In this document: positions 1-12,521 of the stretch, in pieces
How positions within the stretch are numbered: position 1 is the first letter of the stretch
Layout of the letters: every line of letters begins with the position of its first letter
DNA from: Cyanophora paradoxa CCMP329
Lineage: Eukaryota; Plantae; Glaucophyta
DNA length: 64,000 nt
Direction: 5' to 3'
Assembly: GCA_004431415.1 (NCBI GenBank)
Contig: QPMI01000415.1
Location: forward strand, 62,001-126,000
Notes under the pieces: model-generated
What the model was told of the DNA's origin: nothing
Seen by the model: the letters and a program-made list of their open reading frames with translations, nothing else
Database searches by the model: none
Translations under genes and position numbers: made by a program

Positions 1-1380
1 CGTGGTCAGGGGGGGGGGGTACTAAGCAGGCAGAAGGGGGAGCCGACACGCACGCGAGAGAGCATCTGGGTGACGGAGGGGCGGCGGGGGCGGCCCGCAG
101 CCCACTCCTGCGGGCGCGCTTGCGTTTGCCGGGCGGGGCGGGCGGGGCGGAGGGTTGAAGGGGCTCGCCTCGGTCGAGATGAACTCCGGGACCTGCGGCG
201 AGGGCGTGGGTTGGTCAGGCGTCGGGGGGTACAGCCGAGCCCACCTCGGGGTCCTGCGGGCGGCTGCGCGGGCTCGGCACCGGCTTCCCCCACTCCTGCG
301 CCGAAAGTGAGAAGTGAGGCAGGGGTACAGCGCGCAGAGAAGTTTTCGCCCACCTCGTCAGTCAGGAACGCGAGGACCTGCGCGGCGCACACTTTGAAAA
401 AAGGCCGAAAGAACAGGCGAGGGCGGGACGGGGCGGGGCGGCGGGCCTCGGGGTGCGACCGAAGCTCGGGGTGCGAGGCGACGTGGCCCATGAAGCGCGA
501 GAGGCGCGAGGCGCGCACGCGGAGCCCCTGCGAGGCGCTCAGGGGCGCCGGCGGCGTCCCCGCCTCCTGCTCCTGGACCGAGAGCTCTGCGGCGCCGGCC
601 TCGTTTCAGCCTGGATCGATTGAAGGAAAGAAGGAAGGGAGCGAGCGGGCCTTCGCCGGGCGGGGCGGCGAGCGAGGAGGGGAGGATGAGGTACGGCATG
701 CGCTCGACGAGGAGCTCGACCAGCCCGACGAACTGCGTGTCCGTCCTCACCACGGAGAAGGGCCTGCCGGCGACCTGTGGTTCGCGAAGAAGCCTGAGCG
801 TAAGTTTCAGATGTTACTGCCGCGCGCGCACCGTGCTCTCGACGTCGAAGCAGACGGAGGGCTGAAGGGGCGCGTCCACGAGGTCGTGGACGAAGCCGGC
901 GATGGCCGACTCCTCCGGGCGGACGCGCGGGAAGCACACGCGCCCCGCGAAGACCTGCACGGCGCGCGCGGTCGGTGAGCGGGGCGGCAAACTTCATCCA
1001 AGATGTCGAACCTTGACTTCGTCCACGCCGCGCTCCTCCGTGGCTGTTCGGTGCTGCGCCGCGGGGCGGTCCTCCCTCTTCGGTGCTTGCGGAGGCGGCT
1101 CGTGCCCTCCGGTGGAGCGCTGAGCGGCGACGAGCCTGCGCCGCGTGAGGGAAACAGCAGCTCACGAGAAGGCGACATGAAGAACGCACGGATCTTCTGA
1201 TTCGGCCTCTTGCGGGACTTCATTCAGCGTAGAGATTGCACTAAGCTGGGTTCCCGTAATGCTAGAGAGGTCTGCGCGTGGGTGCGGCGGGCGGCAATTC
1301 GAACTCGTACGCACACGCGCAACCCAAGCAGAACCAGACGCGCGCGGCGCGCCGAGCGCGCGCACCTTCATCGACCGGAG
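1..1380 (-). CDS. Host multi-exon gene of unknown function (partial, boundaries approximate)
   Basis: Short exon-like segments on the minus strand flanked by GT/GC..CAG junctions (e.g. VFAGRVCFPRVRPEESAIAGFVHDLVDAP; VVRTDTQFVGLVELLVERMPYLILP). No family recognised. Confidence 0.3.
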
Positions 1381-2016
1381 CTGCGATGCGAGGGAGCGTC
1401 AGGGGGGTGGCGCGCAGGGACGTGGGGGTCTTGCGCACAGGATGCCTCCGATCCGAGTACCGAGCGCGTGGAGAGATTCTCAGACGCGTCAGCGGTAGCG
1501 GCAATGCTGCTCATCGTGGCGCTTGTTGGCGTGCTCAGCGCTTCTGGTCGCCGCTTCAATTTGGGTGGGTACGGCCATGGGCGACGACTCGCCGACGAGT
1601 ACCCCCAGACGAGACTGAAGCCGAGCTCCCAGGTGCGTCTGCCGCTCGTCTTACTGCACTAGAGCAATGCGCCCCGAGTGCTGTGGCAAGGGCGTGTGAT
1701 TATCTCGAACCCCACGCGCGCTCGTCGTGGGCGCTCCGGCGCTGGTTCCCGGCAGCGCACGATAAGCGTGTAGATCGCGTTTGTTGTCGTCGGTACCGCC
1801 TGCGAGCTGATTCGGGATCCGCGCAGACCAGCCGACGAGGGCACAGGGCCACCGCAGCTGGCCACGGCGACTGTGCAGAAGGTGCGCAATCGCTCCGTCG
1901 CCGCGCCGATGGCGGATCCCGCTGATCGGGCACCGCCTCTTTACTCCGCCCCCACAGCGCCGAAGCGGGTAGGCTTTCGCAGCCGTGGTATGTGAGTTCG
2001 AGAGAAGGCAACTTCG

Positions 2017-5000
2017 ATGTCTGCTCCCGAGGAACGCGGCGACCACGCCGCTGGCGACAAGTGAGCGCCCGCGCGCGAGCGGATGTCGCTCACCCAGGCC
2101 GCCTCCCTCGCCGACATCGCGTCCCTCTCGCAGAGATGGGTTGGACAAGGCGCTCGCAGGCTTCAGCACCGTGCTCCGTGCGTCCCCACCCGCCCCGATG
2201 TGCTCATCCTCCCGCGGCGCCTCGTCGACGCAAAGGCGGCGGGCGTTGCATGCCCCTCTATGCGATCTTATGCCATTCCCCGAGAGGGGCCGGCCGGGGT
2301 TAGCCCGCCCTCGCGCGTGCCCCGGCCGACTCGCGTCGCCCGCCCGCAGAGGAGCTCTTCAGCGGAAAGACTGACCTGAAGGAGCCTGTGGAGAACGGCG
2401 CGCGGTACTTCCAGGAGAACAGCAAGCACGCAGAGGCTCTCCTCTTGCGCCTGGAAGAGGCCGTCCAGCAGGTAAGCCGCCTGAAGCGCCCCCCGCCCGA
2501 AGCCGACCGACCGGCGCCGCGCCCGCGCAGCAATCGACGCCGAAGAAGCGGCTGCCCGGGTGGTACCTCTTCGAGCGGATATGCACGAAGGGGAAGAGCG
2601 ACGCGGGCTTGCGGTCGGCCTTCGAGGCGGCGCGGGCCCGCCTCCCCCAGTTCCTCGAGCTGATCGCGCCTCCGGGCGACGCCGGCGCCGACAACCGCAC
2701 CCGCGTGAAGAAGGCGAGCTCTCTCTCTCTCTCCGATGCTTCATCCCTGCGCTCCGGTTCGTAGATTCCGGCTAATGCGGTCTCGCAGCACGTCGTCAAG
2801 TGGAAGGACACGCAAGTGTTCTCGGACGGGGAGTTGGCGCTCGTCTGCGCCGCCGTCGGCATCGACCTCGACGGCAAGGAGGACGGCAAGGACGACAAGA
2901 AGGACGGCAAGGGCCACCGCCGCGGCAAGGAGAAGGAGAAGGAGCGGGAAAAGGAGAGGTGCGTGGCCACGCGCCGCCGCCCGCCCGCTGGGTGCCGCCC
3001 GGCGCGGCTCGGAGCGGGGCGGAGCCGACGGGGCGCGGCGCAGGTCCTCCAGGCAGCGCGAGTCCTCCTCAAGCTCGCGGCACGGGCGCAAGCGCTCCCC
3101 GGGCGCCTCGGGCGGGGCCGGCGCCGGCGGAGAGGTCGGGAGCGGCGAGGACCGCCCCGCTTCCCTCCTGGTGAGACAGAAAAAAAGAAAGATAGAAAGA
3201 CAGCTGGGCCTAACGGCTTCCTCCCTTCGCAGGAGGCGAAGCACGACGAGCGGCGGGCGATCAAGGCCATCGAGGCGGACCGGCAGGAGGTCTGTCCCTT
3301 CCCCTGCCTCCTCCGGCCTCGCCCTCTTTCCTCCCTCGTTGTTCTGAGGGGAAGTCATCCCTCAGGCGAAGAAGGCACGCATGGAGGCGTCGCTCAGGCC
3401 CGAGGGGGAGGCGACCTCGTCCGAGTTCGACGAGCTCTGGGGCCAGGACGGGCGCCCGCCCCACGCGAACAAAGAGTTCGTGTACCCTCTTCTTTTTCTT
3501 TCTTTCTTTCTTTTCTTTCTTTTCCTGAGGGACGGCGGGCGGGGCAGGACGCCCTCGGAGGCCCCGACGCTGGCGCCCTCGACGGCCGGGCAGACGCCCG
3601 TCTCGACGGGCCTGGCCCCGCCCCACTCGGCGGCCCGCGGGGGCGCCGTGTCGCCCTCGGTCAACGGGGCGGCATCCGCGCGGCCCATCCCGCCGCCCTT
3701 CCCGTCGCAGCAGCAGCAGCCGCAGGCGGGGCCGGCGGCCCCCCAGTCCCCCAAGGAAGGGGGAGGGGGCGGCGGCTCGCTGCAGCAGCAGATCGCAAAC
3801 CTGCCGAGCACGCAGGAGAGCAAGGGCGGCATGGCAAACCTCGAAGGGGACTCGTTCGCCCGCCAGGTCCGCCGTTCCCCTCCCTCCCCCCCTCCCCCCC
3901 CCCCCCCCCCCCGACGAGCAACGCGTACCCCCCGGCAGCTCGCGGAAGTACGGAGGGCGATCAACGACCCGAACGACCCCGAGGAGGTGCTGTTCAAGGA
4001 CTGGGAGGTCCGTACCCCCTCCCCGAGCCGCCCTGGACGCGAGTCCGACAACGGGCGCGCGCCACAGAGGCGGCAGAAGGAGAAGCCCGCGCAGGCCGCC
4101 CAGGACGTCGAAATGGATATTGCGTCCCCGCCGCCACCGCCGCCCTCCACCCGCCACTCCGCCTCCGCCTCCGCCTCCGCCCCGCCGCCCGCATCGCCCG
4201 CGGCCGCGCACCAGCCGCTTCAGTCCGCACAGCAGCTCCAGTACCCCCAGCAGCACCCTCCACAACAGCAGCAGCAGTTCCAGGCCTACTTCGGCGCGGG
4301 GGGCGTCATGATACCCCCCAGCGCAGGGCGCGGCGGTCCGCCGCTGGCGCCGCCGGCCGGCCTGATGGAGTGGATGATGCGTGCCAACACCAACGCGCCC
4401 CTGCCACACCCCGGCATGATTTTCCCGCACCCCGGCATGCCCGGCATGCCCCCCTTGCCCCCCGGCATGCCCCCCTTGCCCCCCGGCATGCCCCCCTTGC
4501 CCCCCGGCATGCCACCCTTGCCCCCCGGCATGCCGCCCTTGCCCCCCGGCATGCCCTTCCCGCCTCCCGGGATGGGGGTGCCCCCCGGGATGGGGGTGCC
4601 CCCCGGAATGGGGGTGCCCCCCGGAATGCCGCCCTTGCCGCCCCCGCCTGGTGCGCCGCCGTCCGGCGGAGGCCCCCCTGCCCTCGGGGCCCCCCTCTGA
4701 CCGCGGCGCCGCAGCCGCAGCCGGCATCCGGCACCCCCACCCGCTCCTCATGCCGGGTCCCGTGGTCCGCGTGCCCGCCACCCCGCCCCCGCCCCCGCCG
4801 CCGCTGAGCCGAGCGCAGGACGCCCCCGCGCCGCGCGCGGCCGGTTCGGCCGACCAGCTGCTAGAGCTGCTCCAGGGGGTACGCGAGCGAGCGAGCGGGG
4901 GCGTACGGGCTCCGTCTTGGCTGACGCTTCTGGGTTTGGCCGGCCAGGTTTCGAACATGGCCGGCCAGGCCGCAGCCGTCGCCGACTCGGCCGTTGGCTC

Positions 5001-8000
5001 TGTCCCCTCCTCGTCCGCTCCGCCCCCGCCCCCGCCCCCGCCCCCGGCCCCGCCCGCCATCGCTGCGGCCTTCGAGGCCGGCGACGCGCCACGGGCCCCG
5101 CCGGGCGGCCGCGGCGGCGGCCGCGGCGGCCTCTCCCTGCCCTCAAAACTGGGCGATTCAGTGGCCTCCCACCTCGGCGCCGCCGTCCCGGCCGCCCGCA
5201 GGCCCCGCCGCCCCCGCCACGCCCCGCCCGAGCCGCTCGCCCCGCGCCAGCAGCAGAGGCGCGCCGCTCGCCGCCGCCGCCGCCGCGGCGCTCCTCGCCG
5301 CTGCCGGCGCGCCGCTCCTCGCCCCTGCGGGACCGAAAGGACCGGAGGCGAAGCCGCAGCCGCAGCCGCAGCCGCAGCCGCGACCGCAATCGCGACCGGG
5401 ACCGGGACCGGGACCGGGACCGGAATCGCGATCGGGAGCGGCCGAGGCCGCTCTCGCCTCGCCGGCGCGATCGGGACCGAAGCAGGGAGCGGGAGCGGGA
5501 GCGGGAGCGGGACAGGAAGCCGCCCCGCCGCAGCAGCCGCAGCCGCAGCCGCGATCGCGACCGCCGGAAACGCAGCCGTTCGCGGAGCAGGGGGCGCCGC
5601 TCGAGCCCGCCGCCCCCGGCCCGCCGCCGCAGCCGCAGCCGCAGCCGCAGCAAGCAGCGCCGCTCGCGGCACTCGCCCAGCCCTCCCCGGCCCCGGCGCC
5701 GCTCCCGCAGCCGCAGCCGCAGCCGCGAGCGGAGGACGCCGCCGCGGGCCCCGTCGCACCACGACGCCTCCTCCTCTTCCCCCTCCTCGCCCTCGGCCTC
5801 GTCCTCCGGACCCCCCTCGCCCTCCCCAAAGTCGCTGGCGCACTCGCCCTCCCCCTCGCCCGCCGGCCCCGCCGCCTCCACCTCCGCCTCCGCCGCCGCC
5901 GCCGCCTCCGCCGCCGCCTCCGCCCCGCAGTCCCAGCCCGAGTCCCAACCCCAGTCCCCCCCGCATCCCCCCAGCCCCCCGCCCTGCCGGCCCCAGACGC
6001 CGGCCCCGGACAAGCGCGAGCCCATACCCCCGTTGGACGAACCGGATCCCGCCGCGCTGGCGATCACTTACCCCCGGCCCGATCCGGGCTCCCTCGTGAT
6101 ATTCTGGGACCTCGACTCCACCCTCGTCCAGTTCCAGGTACCCCCCCTCCCCCCTCTCCCCTCTCCCTCCCCTTCCCCTCCCCTGACCCGCCCCAGAAAT
6201 TCGGGGCGAAGGAGGGCGCGAAGAACTTCCGGGAGTACTACGGGGAGGCCGCCACGGGCCCGCTGCCGGACGGCAAGGACGAGAAGGCGCTGTACCAGGT
6301 CATGGGCGACCTCCTGCACGTGGTACCCCCCTCCGCCTTCCCCCCCCCCCTTCCCTGTGCGCTTCGTTCGCTCACGGCCGGCCGGCCGGCAGGTCGCCGA
6401 CGCGCTGCACGCGTCGGAGCTCGACGACGACGCCCTGGGCTTCCTGAACGCGGCGTACGGGCGCGCCTTCGAGGCCGGGGACGCCCCCGAGAGCCTCGGG
6501 GGGTACGACTTCGCGGCGGACCGGTTCCGGGAGCTGCGGGGGCGGCTCTCGGGGCCCGAGAGGCGCGGGAGCAGGGAGTACATGGCGCTGGGGGCGTACC
6601 GCGTGCGGCACGCGCGGGAGACGTACGACGAGGGGCGGGCGCTGGCGGCGGCGGAGGCGAGGGAGCCCATGGCCATCGCGAAGATCGCCGGCGTGCGCCG
6701 CGCCCCGCCCCGCCCCGCCGCGGCGCGGCGCGGCCCGCCGCTTCCCATTTAAGGATGGATGGCTTTAGCGTCCTCTAGTGGATTATTGTCTAATGGCTCT
6801 CCCCCGCTCGGATTGATGTCTTTAGCGGGCCCCTCCCCCGCCCCTCCCCCGCCCCTGCCTTCGCGCCGCCGCCGACGCCCCGCCGCCGACGCCCCGCCCC
6901 GCCCCCCCACCGCCTCCGCAGATGCTCCGGTGCATCGAGGAGTACACGAGGGTGCCCCCCGAGCCACGGGCCGGCCTCGCCTCGCCGGAGCGCACACTGA
7001 CCTCGCCGCCGCAGGGCTGGCACGCGACGGCCGTCGCGGGCCTGGCGGACCTCTGCCCCGAGGCGGTCGAGGGCGAGAGAGAGGCGGAGGGCGGCGCCGC
7101 CAGGCCCCGGGCCCCCGGCGCCTCGCCCCCCTCCTCCTCGTCCTCCTCCTCCTCCCGCGTCGTCAACGTCTGCGTCACGAGGCGAGCTGTCTATCTATCT
7201 ACTTGTTTGTCTGCCCCTCTGCCCGTCTTCTGCCTGCTGAAGCCCCCCGCCCCGCCCTGCCCTCGCGCAGGTCGGGCCTGGCCGAGGCGTACGCCAAGCT
7301 GGCGGCGTTCAAGCTGCAGCCCTTCTTCGACGGGTCCCTCGTCTGGAGCTCCGCCGCCAAGCGTGCGCCCCTTAGCAAAAGAGAAGGGGGGGGGGGGGCG
7401 ACCAGGCGCCCCGGGGGGCTAGCTAGCTAGCTAGATGTAGATCCGCTTGAGCCTCTACAGGCGCCGCCCACCGCCGCGCGCAGCTCCCCTCCCCCGCCCC
7501 CGCCCCGCCCCCTCGCCCCGCCTCTGACCGCCCTGCCTCTGACCGCCCCGCCTCTAACCGCGCCGCGCCGCGCAGCCAAGCGGGACATCTTCCAGGAGGT
7601 GATGCGCCGCTTCGGGGACGACGACGGCCTCGCCCCCTCCGCCCGCGGCCCCGGCCGCTCCATGACGTGCGTGGCATTCTTAGCTTTCTTTTGGCTTTCT
7701 TCCTAGCCTTCTGGCTTTCTTCCTGGCTTTCTAGCTTTCTTTCTAGCTTTTTTTGGCTTTCTTCCTGGTTTTCTAGCTTTCTTTCTAGCTTTTTTGGCTT
7801 TCTTCCTGGCTTTCTAGCTTTCTTTCTAGCTTTTTGGCTTTCTTCCTGGCTTGGGGACGACGGCGGCCTCGCCCCGCCCGCCCGCGGCACCGGCCGCTCC
7901 GTGACGTGCGTGGCTGGCACCGCTTGAGCTTGCTTGCTCTAGGACCCCGCTCTGGCTTTCTGCTTTCTTTCTAGCTTTCTAGCTGGGGCCGCTCCCCCTT

Positions 8001-8303
8001 TGCGCCCCCTCCTATCTAGTATCCTATCTCCGGTGCGCTTCGCGCGGGTCGGCCTCGCTCAGCTTCGTTCGCAGGTACGCGGCGGTCGGCGACGACGAGG
8101 AGGAGCGCAGCGCGGCGGAGAAGGCGCGCCGTACCCCCCCCCTCCCCCCCCGCGTCGTCGCTGCGAAGTGAACCTGACTCCTTCCGGTACCCCTCCTCGC
8201 GCAGCTGGGTATCGAGTTTCACGACGTGCAGTCCCTCGCGGACCTCGAGCGGGCGTTCGAGGCGCTGAAAAGGAGGAAGCCTGGGGGGGCGGCGGGCCCT
8301 TAG
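2017..8303 (+). CDS. Host multi-exon gene: CTK3-like (CID-fold) N-terminus + Pro-rich and RS-rich linker + C-terminal EYA-family HAD phosphatase
   Basis: Manual splicing gives in-frame exons 2017-2060, 2134-2177, 2350-2471, 2531-2713, 2789- etc. N-terminus contains RLPGWYLFERIC, LELIAPPGDAGADNRTRVKKHVVKW and IEADRQEAKKARMEAS..EFDELW (CTK3-like). C-terminus contains VIFWDLDSTLVQFQ, YDFAADRF, AYRVRHARETY, VNVCVT, FQEVMRRFG and AAVGDDEEE (EYA-like). Stop TAG at 8301-8303. Confidence 0.7.
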
Positions 8304-8742
8304 CTAGCTAGTCGGGCTCGCCTTGTGAGACCGTGAGGTGCCCTTGTCGAATGTATGGAGACTTCGAGCGACGGGTTGTAATGCGGCGGTCGGACTATAC
8401 GTAGCACGGGCCGGGCGTGGCCGTGGCTGGCCGGCCGACGCCGTCGGCGGCGGCGCCGGTGCAGCTGCTTCGAATCCGGGCGCGGCTTGCGCTCGCCTTG
8501 AGGAAATGACCTGATCATGCGCTCGCCTCGCGCAGGCGCAGACGCTCGTTCAAAGCTCGTGATACCGATCGGGTCATCGATTCGAATGATTGATATGAAT
8601 ATTCGGGGTACACAAATTTAAAGTTGCAATTGCGACACAAAGCTCAACGATCGCGGAATGGAAATGCATCTAAATTTCAAAGAAACTATTGATCGCTACA
8701 TCATCAAGAAGAATAAGTTAATTACATATCTGCAGCTGCAGT

Positions 8743-8832
8743 GCGCCCGGATCAAATGAAAAAAAAATTGCTCGGATAGGTCCGGCCAGGCAGGGAGGGG
8801 GTTGCCCCCCTCCCCAGCGCCCGGATCAAATG
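8743..8832. mobile_element. 58-bp insertion (8759-8816) with 16-bp target-site duplication
   Basis: GCGCCCGGATCAAATG at 8743-8758 and 8817-8832. The paralogous site near 13548 has a single copy and no insert. Confidence 0.8.
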
Positions 8833-11800
8833 TGGATCTCAGAGGAGGCGCCGCGGCTCGCGACCGCGGGAACGCCCGGCAGGGGCGCCGCCCCCACGAC
8901 GACGACCTGCCCCAGGGACCCGCGCGCCGCCGCCGCCGCCACCTCCGGCGCTAGTACCGATGCCGCGGGCACCGGGACCGCGGCGCCCTGCACGGGCCAG
9001 CCCCACGCGACGTGCGCCGGCGCCGGCGCCGGCTGCGCCGCGATGCCGGCCTCGAGTGAGGGCGAGGGCGCCGCGGCCGCCCCGACGGCCGCCGAGTGCC
9101 GGCGGCGCTGCACGGCGACGGCCGTGCCGGCCACCGCCGCCACGAGCGCCGTGCCGCCGACCGCCGCCCCGATGGCGATGATCGCGTTCTGCGAGAGGCC
9201 GGACTGGGAGGACGAAGACGAGGAGGAGGAAGCGCCGGCCTGCCCGTTGCCCGAGCCAGTCGCCGAGTTGGCCTGCGTGGATCCCGCGCTGCCGCTGCCG
9301 GCGGCCGCCGCGTCGGTCGCTGCGGCGGCGGTGCCCGTGCTGGCGGCGACGGGGCTCGAGGCGGAGAGGGCGGTGGTGGAGGAGCCGTCGGCCGTCACGA
9401 CCGGAATGTTGGCGCCCGGCGCCGAGAGGCCCGTCACGGCCCCGCCGAAGGTCGCCCCGTCCGCCGCGTCCGCCGGGAGGCTCGCCCCGGCGAGGACCGC
9501 CGCAGCGCCCTCCGCAAAGCTCCGCCCGCTCGTGCCCGACACGGCGCCCGCGAGGCCGGCCGCGAGCTGCGCGAACGTGAGCGGACGGGGTCGAAAGTGG
9601 GGCGAGGAAGGGGCGGACCTGGGCCGGAGACTGGCCGGAGGCGGCCGTGAGGGAAGCGGAGATTGACGCCGCGTCGGCGCGCAGGCGGCGGCCGGCGGCC
9701 GGCGCCGCGCAGGCCGCGTTCGAGATCGACGCGCAGCTCGTGCCGAGGTCGTCGCCGCCCATGACTGCCCGCGGGGGTCAGGGGCGCGCAGGAAAGAGGG
9801 CGAGGGCGGGCGGCGCACAGGAGATGAAGCACTGGAGGAGGCTGCAGCCGTTGGTCACGCAGCCGGCGGGGGCGGAGGCGGAGGTGGTTTTGGTGGACGC
9901 CATGGCCTCGCAGGTGCGGCGGAGGGCGCCGGACGAGGCCGCCGCCGACGCGAGCGAGAGCTGGATGTTCAGGGCAGAGACTGCGGGGTTCGGTAAGCTC
10001 GCTGCCCGGAGAGACACGAGGCGGGGCCACGCACAGTCGCCGGGGGCGGAGCGGATGAAGGGCCCGACGGCGGGGAAGGTGTAGTAGTCGTCTGCGCAGG
10101 CACCGGTCAGAGACGCGGAAGCACAAAGGCAGCGAGGAGCCGGGGCGCACCGGTAGAGGCGGGGAAGAGGCCGCCGGTCTCGCTGCCGGGAAGGGGGAAC
10201 TGCGGGGTTGCCACGAAGACGCCGAGCGGCAGCGCCGGAGTGCCGTCCGCGGTGGTGAGCGCCACGGCCGAGGAAAGGCCGGTGAGGAGCGACACGGGCG
10301 TCGCCGCGTCCTTCGAGAGGCGCGCGTTCGTGAGGGAGATCTGCGGCGGCTGTCAGCGGCTGCCGAGGGGCGAGATCTGACGCGCGGAGGCGTACTCGGA
10401 CGAAGCGGACGGGGCCGGGGATGAGCGGCATCTCGCGCGGCTGGCGGCGCGGCGGGCGCGGCTCGGTCCCGTTCATCGAAGGGCGCGCGCCGTCCATCGG
10501 GGGCCGCGTCTCGTTCATCGGGCCGTGCTCCATGTGCGCGCGGGTCTCGTTCATCGGGTGGCGGGTGGAGTTGCCGCGGGGGCCGCGGGGGCCGCCGAGG
10601 CGCATGTGCGGGGGCCGCGGGATCTTCCACGGCAGCGAGTAGATCATCTGGAAGAGCGGCTTGGGCGCGCCCGCGGCGCCGGCGGAGCCCTGGGCGCGCT
10701 GCTGCGGCGGCAGCTGCTGGCCTTGAGGCGGCTGCTGGCTTCCCTGCATAGGGCCGCTGCGGGGACCCTGAGGCGGCTGCTGGCTGCCCTGCGTCATCGG
10801 CGGCTGGCCGGTCGCGCCCTGCGGCGGCGGCGTCGGCTGGCCGGCCGAGGACGCGCCCTGCGGCGGCTGCATGCCCGCCTGGCCCTGCTGGCGGCCGGGA
10901 CGACCCTGCTGCTGCGGATGCTGCTGCTGCTGCGGCTGCTGCTGACCAGACGCGCCCTGCGGCGGAGGCGGCGGCGGCGTCTGCTGGCCAGATGTGCCCG
11001 TCTGCTGCTGCGGCTGCTGCCGCTGCTGGGGGTTCTCCTGAGACGCCGGGCGCGGCTGGCCCGGCCGCATCCCCGCCTCCTCCTGCCGCATCGTCCTGAC
11101 AGCGGGAGGCGTCAGATGCGCGTTCCGAGGAGCCCGGCGCCGGCGCGGTGGCTCACATGGGGCACGCGCAGATGTCGCCCTCCTCCTCCGGGCCGAACTG
11201 CGGCTCCCTGCGGACCGGCCGCCCGTCAGCAAGGGCTCACACGCGCGGTGTGGCGCGCGGGGCGCACCGCTCGCGGGGAGGCTGGCCCTCGGGGCGCGAC
11301 CCGTTGCGGGGAGGCGGCATCGAGAGAGGCTCCTGAGCGTTCAGCGGCGGGCCGCGCGGGCCCTCGCCCTCGCCCATGCGCGCCGGGCGCTGCTCCGAGG
11401 CGGTGGCGTTGAAGGGCGGGCGCATGCCGCCGTCGCGCGGGCCGCCCATGCCGCAGTCGCAGGTGCCGTTGCGCACGCGCCTGCGCGGAGCGTGAGCGGC
11501 GAAGCGTGAGCGGCGAAACATGCGCGGGGCCGGGGCGGCGCTCACCCGATGGACACGGCGGGCGCGGGGATGCACTCGGGGGCCGGGGCCGCGGGGTCGC
11601 AGGCCGGGTCCACGACGAAGGACGACGTGTCGTTGCGCACGCTGCCGTCGGCCGCCACAGTCGCGTTCACGTACGCGAGGCGCACGCCGGAGAAGTCGCC
11701 GGCCGTCTGTCGCAGCGTCAGTCGGCGAGCAGAGCGTCAAAGATGGCACGGGCGGCGTGCCTGGTACACGGTGAGGAGGCCGTCAGCGGCGTCGGGGGCG

Positions 11801-12521
11801 TCGAGGGAGAGGACGGCCACGCCGAAGGTGCCCGGCGGGATGCGGATCGGGGAGCCGGACTTGCGCGGGCGGAAGGGGAACGCCGGGGCGGGGGAGGCAT
11901 AGCGGTTCGACAGGTACGCCACGCGGTGCACGCGGCCGGCGCCGCCGAGGACCGCCCGGAAGCCGCGCAGCTCGAAGACGATGGTCAGGTTGTCGCCGGA
12001 GCCGGCGGCGGCCGCGCCCTCCGCGGAGAGCGCGGGCTTGAAGAAGCAGGCCGCGTTCCCGTCCTCGGACGAGCCCTGCACGATGCCGGTCCAGAGCGCC
12101 GCCTGCGCCTCCCGCTCCAAGTGCTCCTCGGGGACAGTCGCGTTCTCCGCGGGGGCCGGCGGGGGCGGCGGAGGCGGGAGGGTGACGTTCACGGCGCGGC
12201 CGATGAGCTTGTCGCACTCCTGCGCGCAAGGCGGTGAGCCCGTAGCGAGCGCCCAATTCGATCTGGACCGGCCGCGGGCGAGCGCACCTCGGAGACGACA
12301 GCGACGGAGAGGAAGGCGCCGGAGCTTTCGGAGGACATCGAGGCGAGCACGAGGCCGCGGGACACGGGGCCCTCAAAGAGCACGCCGTGGTGCGTCACTG
12401 CGTGTTTGGGTCAGCGCGCACGGGAAGCGAGAGCGGATCGGCTCGCACCGGCGGACGCGTGAAGGACCGCAGACATGAGGACGAGGGCCGCCAGGAGCGG
12501 CGCGCTCGACGCTCGCGCCAT
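8826..12521 (-). CDS. Host multi-exon type I membrane protein (signal peptide, Gln/Pro/Gly-rich region, Ser/Ala stalk, one TM helix), copy 1
   Basis: Signal peptide MARASSAPLLAALVLMSAVLHASA at 12521; TM segment NAIIAIGAAVGGTALVAAVAGTAVAV followed by QRRRH; stop at 8826-8828. Confidence 0.7.

Noticed and set aside
7667-7927. Hydrophobic 86-aa ORF resembling a membrane protein
   Set aside because: Low-complexity CTTT/GGCTTT repeats plus a duplicated exon fragment inside an intron.
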